The position numbers and the translations under genes were made by a program. From Spirochaetota bacterium (GTDB lineage Bacteria; Spirochaetota; Spirochaetia; DSM-2461), in NCBI GenBank assembly GCA_003644105.1, contig QNBK01000001.1, forward strand, positions 1-53,269: a stretch of 53,269 bases of DNA, written 5' to 3'. Numbering within the stretch: the first letter of the stretch is position 1; each line of letters begins with the position of its first letter. The notes under the pieces are model-generated. The model did no database searches. It was not told the DNA's origin and saw nothing but the letters and a program-made list of their open reading frames with translations. Below, in pieces: positions 9,722 to 19,288 of this stretch.

Positions 9722-11398
9722 CTATTTCTTTGGATACTGATAAAACCACAAGATGCGTGTATAAGGAACATCGACAGTTTCCAGTTTTATATTATCCAAT
9801 GCACGAAGAGAACTCACCTCAGATGGATTCTTTGAGAAACCGTAGTCAAGAATACCAGCAGTTGCATTTTTTACAACATTGGGATCGCTGTCAAAGGATG
9901 GATAGCACTGGATTTCATCAATCTTCGGAACGCCGTCGTAGTAATCTTCATTGGGAACCATTACCAGATAGTCGTTCATTTCAACTTTACCAATCTTATA
10001 GGGTCCTGAACCAACAGGATGCTGAAAGAACGGAGATTGAAGCATTTTCAAAGGATCGGCATCTGCCAGATATTTTTCCGGAAGAATAGCAAACTGGGTG
10101 AAAGTCAACAGTATATTCGGATCAAGTTTTGCCATCTCAATTGTGATGGTGTTTCCATCGGTATTAATACCGGAAATATGATCAGCAGTACCGGCTATGA
10201 ATTCTTCAGCACCCTTTATAGAGTTGAATGTACTGAGAAGTACTTTATGTGCAGTTGGTGCAAGAATGATTTTTTCAATACTGAATTGAACGTCATCTAC
10301 GGTTACAGCTGCACCATCATGCCATTTAACACCATCTTTCATGGTGAATTTAAGTGTCATTCCATCGGAACTCAGCTCATAATCTGCCATCTGACCGTGA
10401 GTGGGAGTAAGTGCTCCATCACATGCAATCAAACGATCGTAGAGAACCTTATTGGAAATCCAGATACCCGGGTTTTCCCATGGATTCTGGAAGAACTCTA
10501 TCGGTCCGCCATTGGTTTGAAGAACCATCTTACCGTTACTTTCCGGTTTCATCGTCCAGTTCTGAATATTCCAGTCATAGTTGTACTGGGGATTTCCGTA
10601 TATCTCTCCATTCCTGTTGAGATCGATGCTCTCATAAACAAACATGGGCATGTAGTAGAGTGAATATGCGGCCAGGTTATCAACTTCATATTTCTCGATC
10701 TCAAACAGAGCCTTTTTCAGCTCAACAGGATCTGCGGTTGCATTGATGGCATCAATCAGAGCATCCATTTTAGGATCGCTGGGGTATTGAGCACTTTTTC
10801 CTGTTTTATAGACATTGAAGTATTCCTGAAGAGCCAGGGCTGCATGGCCGCCGTAGCCGAGATCAATCTCAACTGCCGAAGGTCCGTTCGCAGGATCGGT
10901 GGGAACAGAATTTAACTGTGCCCCGACATCACCTTCGAGTTTGCGGAAAGACATCTTAATACCGACATCGGAAAGATATGCCTGTATTGCAGTCATAAGA
11001 TCTACAGTCATCTGATCACCATAATAGTAACCGAGATCCAATTTATAATTGGGGTCCCAGTTTGCGGCTTTCAGTAAAGCTCTGGATTTGTCAGGGTCGT
11101 AGGCATACCGATTGAGTCCCGGAGCCTTCATAGGGCCGTCTGGTACGCGGCCTGTAGCCGGCAGTACCATTCCATCGAACATTGTTTCTGCAATTGTATC
11201 CATATCAATGGCATAGGCGATGGCCTGACGTACCCGAAGATCCGATAATGGATTACTGTTGGTAGGACCAACACCCTCTTCCATCACTGCAGTTTCCTCT
11301 GCAGGTGCTTCTGCCTCATTTTGCCCACCGGCAAAAACAGGGAGTGATACAAGCAGTACCAACCCAATTAGAATCAATAGCATTGTGATTCTTTTCAT
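9722..11398 (-). CDS. ABC transporter substrate-binding protein, family 5, with circularly permuted domain order
   Basis: Signal peptide MKRIT...PVFAGGQNE; GGAGGAG RBS; motifs DLRVRQAIAYAID, YDPDKSRALL, DG.T..F..K.GVKWHDG..VT.DDV.FS, PVGSGPY. Confidence 0.88.
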   Translation of the reverse strand: MKRITMLLILIGLVLLVSLPVFAGGQNEAEAPAEETAVMEEGVGPTNSNPLSDLRVRQAIAYAIDMDTIAETMFDGMVLPATGRVPDGPMKAPGLNRYAYDPDKSRALLKAANWDPNYKLDLGYYYGDQMTVDLMTAIQAYLSDVGIKMSFRKLEGDVGAQLNSVPTDPANGPSAVEIDLGYGGHAALALQEYFNVYKTGKSAQYPSDPKMDALIDAINATADPVELKKALFEIEKYEVDNLAAYSLYYMPMFVYESIDLNRNGEIYGNPQYNYDWNIQNWTMKPESNGKMVLQTNGGPIEFFQNPWENPGIWISNKVLYDRLIACDGALTPTHGQMADYELSSDGMTLKFTMKDGVKWHDGAAVTVDDVQFSIEKIILAPTAHKVLLSTFNSIKGAEEFIAGTADHISGINTDGNTITIEMAKLDPNILLTFTQFAILPEKYLADADPLKMLQSPFFQHPVGSGPYKIGKVEMNDYLVMVPNEDYYDGVPKIDEIQCYPSFDSDPNVVKNATAGILDYGFSKNPSEVSSLRALDNIKLETVDVPYTRILWFYQYPKK

Positions 11399-11471
11399 AA
11401 AATGACTCCTCCTGAAATTTTCTAGCTGTTTAACAAACAGCATTAAAGCCAGTTACACATCAGTTGTAATA

Positions 11472-11483
11472 TGGTTATAATCA
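11472..11483. promoter_or_regulatory. Putative GntR(HutC)-family operator TGGTTATAATCA
   Basis: 11/12 match to TGGTTATAACCA, in the divergent intergenic region upstream of the ABC operon. Confidence 0.6.
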
Positions 11484-11528
11484 ATTTTAACATAGTGCTG
11501 ACAGCAGCACAACAAAAAAGATGATCTT

Positions 11529-11585
11529 TGGTGGTTACCACCAGGAATTTACATACTGCATGCAAAAATGATATATTGCATGCAG
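11529..11585. promoter_or_regulatory. Two perfect inverted repeats in the divergent promoter region
   Basis: TGGTGGT-T-ACCACCA (11529-11543) and CTGCATGCAA-N10-TTGCATGCAG (11556-11585). Confidence 0.45.
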
Positions 11586-11687
11586 CGTGGTGTCAAGGAA
11601 GAATATTTAGCTATTCCTGGAGGATTCGAGGCTGGCTGACAATATGAAGGGCCTTGCTGTAGAGTACAATCTATTAATGGAGGAAGC

Positions 11688-12719
11688 ATGAAAAGTTTTT
11701 CAATAGATGAATTAAATAAATTCACCACGTCCCTGCTGGTATCAAAAAAGATACCTCAAGTGAATGCGGAATATATAGCCGAAATGGCCGTCAGAACTGA
11801 GGCAATGGGGATATTGACTCACGGGCTGGCTGTTCTGGGTTATCTGGATAATCAGGTTCCTGATGTGTTTGATCCGGGAACCGAGCCGGAAATTATAAAA
11901 GAGAAAGGAGCCTCTGTACTGATAGACGGAAAAAATGGCTTCAGCCAGCTGGCAATGAAGCTGGCCATTGAAATGGCGATGGATAAAGCCGGTACAATGG
12001 GCATTGCCATGGCGGCCATCCGGAATACCAGCTGGCTCGGAGCCCTGGGACCTTATCTGGAATCAATTGCCAGAGCCGGTTTTATGGCTCAGCTCTGGGG
12101 GCAGAGTTCCCAATGTGCCGACTGTGCGCCCATTGGTGGGATTACCGGCAAGTTCTCTACCAACCCGGTTGCCCTTGCTTTTCCCACATCCGGAGATCCG
12201 GTTATTGCCGATATCTCAACGGCGACGGTTTCTATGGGGGCGGTAAACCGGATGGTAAAATACGATGAGAAAGCCCGGGCGCGAATTTTCATGGATAAAA
12301 ACGGTTTACCCACCGACGATCCCAACGCCATGCTGGATGATGGCTCAATATTCTTTCTTGGGGGACCTGAATATGCGCATAAGGGTTACGGCTTTTCCCT
12401 CTGGGCCGAGGCGTTAACCGCAATGTCCGGGGGCTCAGCAAACAATCCGGACCATCCTCAAAGTCAGAATCTGAATCTCACCATTATAGATATAGAAGCA
12501 TTCGGGGGGATGAACTACTTCGATAGTGAAATCGTCAGGTTTATTACCCATATAAAGGATACAAGACTTCGCCCTGGATTTGATGCGATTCGCCTCCCGG
12601 GAGAGAGGGCTTTTAAGAGTCTGAAAGATAGTCTGCAGCATGGTTTATCGTTAAGTGATGCCAAACTTGAGATGCTCAACAGGATGGCCCGGAAGAACGG
12701 CGTAAGTGAACTTAAATAA
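11688..12719 (+). CDS. Ldh_2 (malate/L-lactate/sulfolactate dehydrogenase-like) oxidoreductase
   Basis: G..THG, IDGKNG, FSTNPVALAFP, DIST, HKGYG, RLPGER. Confidence 0.88.
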   Translation: MKSFSIDELNKFTTSLLVSKKIPQVNAEYIAEMAVRTEAMGILTHGLAVLGYLDNQVPDVFDPGTEPEIIKEKGASVLIDGKNGFSQLAMKLAIEMAMDKAGTMGIAMAAIRNTSWLGALGPYLESIARAGFMAQLWGQSSQCADCAPIGGITGKFSTNPVALAFPTSGDPVIADISTATVSMGAVNRMVKYDEKARARIFMDKNGLPTDDPNAMLDDGSIFFLGGPEYAHKGYGFSLWAEALTAMSGGSANNPDHPQSQNLNLTIIDIEAFGGMNYFDSEIVRFITHIKDTRLRPGFDAIRLPGERAFKSLKDSLQHGLSLSDAKLEMLNRMARKNGVSELK

Positions 12720-13210
12720 TGGATGAACATCAGGAAGGTAAAAATGTATCCATCAATGCCGATGAGACAGATGAAATCCTTAAAAGGGTGTATTCCCGAT
12801 TTAGGGAATGGGATTTTACCCCCCCTGACACAGAAGCTCTTGTGTTTGACTTCGGTCTGAGCGATTTTGAGACAACCGGGGAAGTTGAGTTCTGGATTGC
12901 CAATGAGGTTGATGCCGGTTATTGCGGTAAATTCCTGTTTGTCTTTGATGGGCAGTCATGCCCGTTACATCATCATCGGGATAAGCTGGAAACGTTTTTT
13001 CTTCTCTTCGGCCGGGTGAAGATGGTGTACGACGGAGTTGAGCGCATGATGAATCCCGGTGATACCCTCAAAGTTGAGAGTGGGCTGGATCATGGTTTTA
13101 CCGGCGTGGGTCCGGCGCTCCTCCTGGAGGTTTCCCAGCCATCAATCATCAGGGATAACTATTTTAAAAATCGCAATATTCCCTTTGGCGGGAATTACAG
13201 GTCAGAATAA
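12719..13210 (+). CDS. D-lyxose/D-mannose ketol-isomerase family cupin
   Basis: DFGL..F...G, YCGK, QSCPLHHH..K.ETF, HGF, EVS, DNYF. Confidence 0.8.
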   Translation: MDEHQEGKNVSINADETDEILKRVYSRFREWDFTPPDTEALVFDFGLSDFETTGEVEFWIANEVDAGYCGKFLFVFDGQSCPLHHHRDKLETFFLLFGRVKMVYDGVERMMNPGDTLKVESGLDHGFTGVGPALLLEVSQPSIIRDNYFKNRNIPFGGNYRSE

Positions 13211-13213
13211 ATC

Positions 13214-13855
13214 ATGAATAATAAGGGAATTGTATTTGATCTCGACGGCGTCCTTTTTGATACAGAGCCGTTACACCGTGAAGCATGGAATAACGCCCTT
13301 GATGAGTTCGGGATAGACGTTACCCCTCAGGAACTGATGGTATGGACCGGTGTTCCATGTCAGGAAATTTCCGTTGAATTGGCAAAGCGCTGGAAGGGGA
13401 GGTATTCCAGTGGAGAGTATTACGCTCTGAAAGAGAAGCATTTTCATAGAATTATCAGCTCTCGTGATTCTCTGTTTCCAGGGCTTGCTGTAAAACTGGA
13501 AGAGTTAGCCTCAAATCTGCCTTTGGCAATTGCAACAACCAATACCCGGGTGAATGCAGAACTGCTGCTGGTTAAAGCCGGAATCGATCGATACTTCAGT
13601 ACCATTGTCTGTTATGAAGATGTAAAGAACCATAAACCTCACCCCGAGCCATATCTGAAAGCCTCCGGGCAGATTCAGGTGAAAGGCTCCGATTGTATCG
13701 CCATTGAAGATTCACCATCAGGCTGTTCTTCCTCCCGGGCCGCCGGGATGTTTACCCTGGGAATCACAAGCTCTTTCTCTTCTTCAGACCTGGGAGAGGC
13801 GAATCTGATTTTCCCGTCAACACCCGAGGCCTGCTCCTGGATAATAAAATCATGA
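13214..13855 (+). CDS. HAD-superfamily phosphatase (beta-PGM/sugar phosphatase-like)
   Basis: FDLDGVLFDTE, KPHPEPY, IEDSPSG. Confidence 0.9.
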   Translation: MNNKGIVFDLDGVLFDTEPLHREAWNNALDEFGIDVTPQELMVWTGVPCQEISVELAKRWKGRYSSGEYYALKEKHFHRIISSRDSLFPGLAVKLEELASNLPLAIATTNTRVNAELLLVKAGIDRYFSTIVCYEDVKNHKPHPEPYLKASGQIQVKGSDCIAIEDSPSGCSSSRAAGMFTLGITSSFSSSDLGEANLIFPSTPEACSWIIKS

Positions 13856-13862
13856 CATAAGC

Positions 13863-13896
13863 TTTACAGCTACGCAATGATCGATTATGATCGATT
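13863..13896 (+). promoter_or_regulatory. Sigma70-type promoter overlapped by a tandem 10-bp direct repeat
   Basis: TTTACA(13863)-17 bp-TATGAT(13886); ATGATCGATT twice at 13877-13896, upstream of the DeoR gene. Confidence 0.5.
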
Positions 13897-13923
13897 CAAT
13901 ACAGAAAGAACATCGAGAATAAT

Positions 13924-14697
13924 TTGGTTCAGGAAAGCAGGAAGAAAGAAATATTAAAAATCCTCGACGAACATGAGTCCTTGAGTGTTCAGGAGCTGGA
14001 GTACCGATTTAAGGTTTCCCAGATGACAATCCGCCGGGATCTTACGGACCTTGAAACTCAGGGCTACCTCATCCGGAAGTATGGAGGTGCTGTGAAGTCT
14101 GAGGCTGTGGACAGCCTCTTCAGCTTTAATAAACGGCTTGAAGAGAACGGCCGGCAAAAAGAGAAAATCTGCAGGATCGCATCCAGTTTTATTGAAGATG
14201 ATGATGTTATTTTCATAGACTGTGGAACGACACTCTTCAGACTCTCACACTATATCCAGAATAAGACCCGTCTCAGGGTAATCACGAACTCTCTCCCGGT
14301 TGTTTCAGAACTTATAAATTATTCTAATATCAATATCACATTCATCGGTGGTGATGTTGTCGGTGATAGAAAGGCCTCTTATGGCGACACTGCAGAAAGA
14401 TTGATCGGAGAATACCATGCCGATAAGGCTTTTATCGGAGCCGATGGTGTCTCACTCAGTAAGGGTTTGAGTTCTTACGATGAGAAGGAAGCCCGGATTA
14501 CCCGGAAAATGGCTGAAAACGCCGATAAAGTATTTCTTCTTTGCGATTCCTCGAAAATTGAGAAGAACTCATTTTATCGGTTTGCGCCGGTATCCCTGAT
14601 TAATGTTCTTATTACGGAAAGAAAAATCAGCGGGGAAGAGACATCCCGCTATCGGGACAATGATATTTCAATTATTACGAATACAGAAGAGGAGTAA
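13924..14697 (+). CDS. DeoR/GlpR family transcriptional regulator
   Basis: VSQMTIRRDL..LE, RKYGGA, FIDCGTT, VITNS, DKAFIGADG, CDSSK. Confidence 0.93.
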   Translation: MVQESRKKEILKILDEHESLSVQELEYRFKVSQMTIRRDLTDLETQGYLIRKYGGAVKSEAVDSLFSFNKRLEENGRQKEKICRIASSFIEDDDVIFIDCGTTLFRLSHYIQNKTRLRVITNSLPVVSELINYSNINITFIGGDVVGDRKASYGDTAERLIGEYHADKAFIGADGVSLSKGLSSYDEKEARITRKMAENADKVFLLCDSSKIEKNSFYRFAPVSLINVLITERKISGEETSRYRDNDISIITNTEEE

Positions 14698-14701
14698 CAA
14701 G

Positions 14702-16069
14702 ATGGCTAAAGATTGGTGGAAAAAGAGTGCAGAGGGTATTCCGAGCGTTAAAATGGAACTTCCCGGTCCGGAGTCAAAAAGGATGCATGCAAATACAACA
14801 AAGTATTTTCATGGTTTGTCGGGGCAGGTTAAGCTCTTCCCCATAGCATTTTCCGAGGGTCATGGTATTACCATGACAGATGTGGATGGGAACAGGTTCC
14901 TTGACTTCTCATCGGGGATTTATGTTACATCCCTGGGACATTGTCATCCAAAGGTTTCTGAAGCGATCAGTCATTGGGCAAACAGGCTTATGAATGCCCA
15001 TGATTTCACCACGCCGATTAAAGAAAAACTGGTTGAGAAGCTGGCGGATGTCCTTCCTGGTAATCTGAATGCCATGCAGTTTTATTCTGATGGAACTTCT
15101 GCAGTGGAGGCAGGTATCAGGGCTGCCCGGGCTATCAGCGGTAAACAGGAATTTATTTCGGCATTCAGGGATTTTCATGGTAAATCCGGTCATGCCGTCA
15201 GCCTGGCCCAGATGCATCGGGGTGACGTACATAGTTATGGCCCCTCACGGGCTCCCGGTTTTTATATGGTCCCCAGACCCAATCCCTACAGACCTCATTT
15301 CAAGAAGACTGATGGAACGATCGATACTGACGGTTACATCGACTTTTACAGGGAGTTTATCCTGGAGGGTACTGTTGGGAATGTGGCAGCGTTTGTTCTT
15401 GAACCGATTCAGGGCTGGGGTGGTTCCATTGTTCCTCCTGATGACTTCTTTCCGAAACTCAGAAAGCTTTGTGATGAGAAAGGAATACTTCTTTTTGCGG
15501 ATGAAGTTCTTGCCGGAATGGGAAGAACAGGAGAGTGGATGGCTATGAACCATTGGGATGTTATTCCTGATATCATCACCTTTGGTAAGTCCTTTGGGAA
15601 TGGTTTCCCAGTTACCGCAATGATAGTTAAAGAAGAATATGCTGAGGCTCTGGATAAAATTTCAGCCTCCTCAAGTTATGGCGGGAATCCCATGGCCAGT
15701 GCTGCAGCCCTGGCATCCATTGAGGTAATTGAGGAAGAGGACATTCTTGAGAATGTTCGTGAGGTGGGTGCTTATTTTCAGAGAAGAATGAAAACCATGA
15801 TGGATAATCATCCTATTATCGGTGATATCAAGGGGAAAGGTTTCCTGCTGGGTATGGAGCTTGTTAAGGACAAATCCACAAAAGAGCCTTTTGCTGAAGC
15901 CGGTACCCTGGTTTACCAGAAAGCATTTCAGAAAGGCCTTGCATGGATACCTGCAGGTAACATCCTCAGGATGTCGCCGCCCCTCATTATGGATGAAAAG
16001 TACGCTTCGATGGGCATGGACATTATTGAAGAATCCATCAGCGAAGTTGAAAAAGACTTCGGGTATTAA
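14702..16069 (+). CDS. Class III PLP aminotransferase (GABA/ornithine aminotransferase-like)
   Basis: DVDGNRFLDF, FHG, EPIQG, DEVLAGMGRTG, PDIITFGKSFGNG, SYGGNP; ATG 14702 after GAGGAG. Confidence 0.92.
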   Translation: MAKDWWKKSAEGIPSVKMELPGPESKRMHANTTKYFHGLSGQVKLFPIAFSEGHGITMTDVDGNRFLDFSSGIYVTSLGHCHPKVSEAISHWANRLMNAHDFTTPIKEKLVEKLADVLPGNLNAMQFYSDGTSAVEAGIRAARAISGKQEFISAFRDFHGKSGHAVSLAQMHRGDVHSYGPSRAPGFYMVPRPNPYRPHFKKTDGTIDTDGYIDFYREFILEGTVGNVAAFVLEPIQGWGGSIVPPDDFFPKLRKLCDEKGILLFADEVLAGMGRTGEWMAMNHWDVIPDIITFGKSFGNGFPVTAMIVKEEYAEALDKISASSSYGGNPMASAAALASIEVIEEEDILENVREVGAYFQRRMKTMMDNHPIIGDIKGKGFLLGMELVKDKSTKEPFAEAGTLVYQKAFQKGLAWIPAGNILRMSPPLIMDEKYASMGMDIIEESISEVEKDFGY

Positions 16070-16080
16070 AGGATTTCCAG

Positions 16081-17229
16081 ATGAGTAGAAAAGAAATACG
16101 CTTTGGTATTATCGGGCTTGGTCTGATGGGTAAAGAGTTTGGAAGTGCTGTTGCTCGATGGTGCCACCTTCTCGATGATGGTCCTGTTCCTGTACTCACA
16201 GGAATCTGTGATATGAACGAAGCATCATTTGGTTGGTTTGAGGATAATTTCCCCTCAATTGAAGTCACTACCACCGATTATCAGGATATTCTGTCTTCTG
16301 ATATTATAGATGCGGTGTACTGTGCCGTCCCGCACAACCTTCATGAAAAACTGTATATTGATATTATTAAATCCGGGAAACACCTTCTCGGCGAAAAGCC
16401 CTTTGGTATTGATATCGAAGCAAACAAACGGATTATGGATGTCATTCAAGATAGCCCATCAGTAATTGTCAAATGTAATTCAGAGTTCCCGTATTTTCCA
16501 GGAGCCAAGCGGATGATAGACTGGATTGAAGGTAGAAACTTCGGCCGTCTTATTGAAGTAAAGTGCGGTTTTAATCATTCCAGTGATATGGATCTTACCA
16601 AACCGATCAATTGGAAACGTATTATAGAGATTAATGGTGAATACGGCTGTATGGGAGACCTTGGGCTTCATACTCATCATATCCCTCTGCGTATGGGCTG
16701 GAAACCAGATTCCGTATTTGCTGAACTTTCCAATATTTCAGAGCAGCGCCCCGATGGGAAAGGCGGAATGGCGGAATGTGAAACCTGGGATAATGCCACC
16801 TTGATGTGCCGATGCACCGACCCGGGTAATGGAAAATCATTCCCGATGATATTGGAAACAAAGAGGATGTCCCCCGGGGATACCAATACGTGGTTCATAG
16901 AAGTATATGGAACGGGAGGATCGGCCCGATTCACCACCCACGACCCCAAGGCGTTTTATTATCTTGAAACAAAAGGTAAAGAGCAGGGGTGGACCAGAGT
17001 TGATATAGGGCCTGCCAGTTTCCTTCCGACAATAACCGGAGGCATTTTTGAATTTGGTTTTTCTGATTCTTTTCAGCAGATGCTCGGAGCATTCATGCAT
17101 GAGTTCAAAGAGGGTGGTTCGGATCATCCATTTCCCAATGTTTCTCCGGAAGAAACGGTGTGGAGTCATCAGATTATGACGGCTGCCCTGGAATCACACA
17201 AAACCGGAAAGCGTGTGAGTTTGGTATAA
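16081..17229 (+). CDS. Gfo/Idh/MocA family oxidoreductase
   Basis: GIIGLGLMG, DAVYCAVPHNLH, GKHLLGEKP, G.MGDLG.H. Confidence 0.9.
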   Translation: MSRKEIRFGIIGLGLMGKEFGSAVARWCHLLDDGPVPVLTGICDMNEASFGWFEDNFPSIEVTTTDYQDILSSDIIDAVYCAVPHNLHEKLYIDIIKSGKHLLGEKPFGIDIEANKRIMDVIQDSPSVIVKCNSEFPYFPGAKRMIDWIEGRNFGRLIEVKCGFNHSSDMDLTKPINWKRIIEINGEYGCMGDLGLHTHHIPLRMGWKPDSVFAELSNISEQRPDGKGGMAECETWDNATLMCRCTDPGNGKSFPMILETKRMSPGDTNTWFIEVYGTGGSARFTTHDPKAFYYLETKGKEQGWTRVDIGPASFLPTITGGIFEFGFSDSFQQMLGAFMHEFKEGGSDHPFPNVSPEETVWSHQIMTAALESHKTGKRVSLV

Positions 17230-18407
17230 TGTTTAACTTATTAATACAAAATGTGAAGGTAATACTCTCTGACAGGGTTCTTGATGGAATGTCTGTCGGG
17301 GTAATCGACGAAAAAATTGTATCAGTTTTTTCATCTTCGGCTGGTGACGGGAAGAGTGCGGATGAAGTTTTTGACGGGGGCGGCGGATATTTATCCTCGG
17401 GGTTTATAGACCTTCATATTCACGGTGTCAGAAGCTTGCAGTTTGATAAGGGTCCTGATGACCTGCAGGCTATATGTAAAATTCTTCCCTCTTATGGTGT
17501 TACCGGTGTCCTTGCAGGCGTTCTCCCTTTACCTCCAGGAGAAGATAATTTCTTTATCAAATCTCTATCGGAAAGAGAGTACGAAGGTGCGCAGCTTCTT
17601 GGTTTCTTCTTTGAAGGTCCTTTTCTTGGACTCCCAGGTGCCATTAATCCAAAATCTCTGATAGAACGGACAGAAGAACGTGTAAGGGCCATGCGGCAAT
17701 CTGCTTTGCCATATAGAAGTATCTTTGCAGTTTCTCCTGAGGTTGAGAACGCCTCCGGAATTATTTCTGCTATGAAGGATGGTGGGAATCCGGTATTTAT
17801 TACTCATACAGCGGCGGATGTAGAGCAGACTCTATCGGCTATTGATGCCGGTGTAAGTCATGCGACACATTTCTACGATGTATTTCCCTGCCCCGTGGAA
17901 CAGGATCCAGGAGTCCGGCCCTGCGGAGCGGTTGAAGCGGTCCTTGCATCACCGGATGTCAGTGTGGATTTTATCTTTGATTCGGAACATGTCGATCCTG
18001 TTGCTGTAAAAATGGCTTTGGCCTGTAAAGGTCCGGAAAAGGTTTGTCTTGTTACAGATGCCAGTCTCGGAGCGGGGAATCCTCCAGGTATCTATAAGGG
18101 TATCGGTGATATGGAGGTTTCATTTGCCTATGAAGGTGCACCGGCTCGGGGGACAGTGAATTCTCCCTGTCCTGGAGGTTTGGCCGGGAGTGGTTTAACA
18201 ATGGACAGGGCTGTCCGGAATGCTGTAAAACTGCTTGAAATAAGTATTCCTCAGGCATGCCGAATGGCGTCCTTAAACCCTGCTGCAGTCCTTGGTCTGG
18301 ATAATGAACTTGGAAAAATTGAGGAAGGATATTCTGCCAATATGGTACTTCTGGATGATAACCTTGAAGTAAAAGCCACCTGGGTAAAGGGTAAGCGGGA
18401 ATACTGA
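17229..18407 (+). CDS. nagA: N-acetylglucosamine-6-phosphate deacetylase-like amidohydrolase
   Basis: GFIDLHIHG, EGPF, THT, ATHFY, LVTDA, LAGSGLTMD, NPA..LG; substrate not certain. Confidence 0.75.
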   Translation: MFNLLIQNVKVILSDRVLDGMSVGVIDEKIVSVFSSSAGDGKSADEVFDGGGGYLSSGFIDLHIHGVRSLQFDKGPDDLQAICKILPSYGVTGVLAGVLPLPPGEDNFFIKSLSEREYEGAQLLGFFFEGPFLGLPGAINPKSLIERTEERVRAMRQSALPYRSIFAVSPEVENASGIISAMKDGGNPVFITHTAADVEQTLSAIDAGVSHATHFYDVFPCPVEQDPGVRPCGAVEAVLASPDVSVDFIFDSEHVDPVAVKMALACKGPEKVCLVTDASLGAGNPPGIYKGIGDMEVSFAYEGAPARGTVNSPCPGGLAGSGLTMDRAVRNAVKLLEISIPQACRMASLNPAAVLGLDNELGKIEEGYSANMVLLDDNLEVKATWVKGKREY

Positions 18408-18500
18408 CTCCTTTACGAAAACATTGGGATATTAGCAGGTAAATGAGATTATTCACTCGATATCTTTCTTCTTCCTGTGATAAGTTATGTTAAGATTAGG

Positions 18501-18512
18501 TTATTATAACCA
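18501..18512. promoter_or_regulatory. Putative GntR autoregulatory operator TTATTATAACCA
   Basis: 10/12 match to TGGTTATAACCA, 30 bp upstream of the GntR ATG. Confidence 0.55.
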
Positions 18513-18542
18513 TTCTAGTTTTCTGTATTTGGAGTAAGTGTA

Positions 18543-19265
18543 ATGCAGATGGTGACTTATCAGAGATTGTACAATATTCTCCGGGAGAAAATCTGGAATA
18601 AAGTATATGTCCCGGGGACTAAACTCCCGACAGAACGGGCGCTTTGTGATGAATATGGTGTATCCAGAATCACTGTACGCCATGCGTTAATGCTGCTGGA
18701 AGAGCAGGGACTGATTGAGCGTATGCAGGGGCGTGGAACGTTCGTTAAAGCGTCCAAACCCAAGAAAATAGCCATAATGGATTATGCTTACTCTAAATCC
18801 ATGAAACAGGAATCCCCTGATACAATGCGGAAATTGATAACCCGAAAAGTTATTGTTCCTCCCCGGGATATTGCTTCTTCTTTATCCCTGCTTCAAAATG
18901 AAGAGTGTTTATATTTTGAGCGGCTAGACATAAACAGTGGTGAAAATCTGGCATTCGATCAAGTATATATACCCCTTGAGTTTTCCAAATCTCTGAAGGA
19001 TGAGCTGTTAACCCGAATCGATTTTCTGAGCATCTGGGAAAAGAATGAACCGGTTAAGCTGTCCTTTGTCAAAGAAGCGATAGAAGCGATTGCCGCGGAT
19101 GATTTCTCCGCCAAGAGGCTGAGCGTTCCCATCGGCAGTCCGATATTAATGGATACAGAGATTGTCTTTGATAAGGAAGAGCGTCCGGTTGCAGTCTTTA
19201 TTTCCAAGTACAGATATGACAGATTCAAGATGGTTTCCACTTATTTTCTCGGGAATTCGAGTTAG
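18543..19265 (+). CDS. GntR family regulator, HutC/UTRA subfamily
   Basis: LPTERAL...YGVSRITVR.AL..L...G...R..GRGTFV followed by a UTRA-like domain. Confidence 0.92.
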   Translation: MQMVTYQRLYNILREKIWNKVYVPGTKLPTERALCDEYGVSRITVRHALMLLEEQGLIERMQGRGTFVKASKPKKIAIMDYAYSKSMKQESPDTMRKLITRKVIVPPRDIASSLSLLQNEECLYFERLDINSGENLAFDQVYIPLEFSKSLKDELLTRIDFLSIWEKNEPVKLSFVKEAIEAIAADDFSAKRLSVPIGSPILMDTEIVFDKEERPVAVFISKYRYDRFKMVSTYFLGNSS

Positions 19266-19288
19266 TTTATTTTCATAGGAGTGCACAA

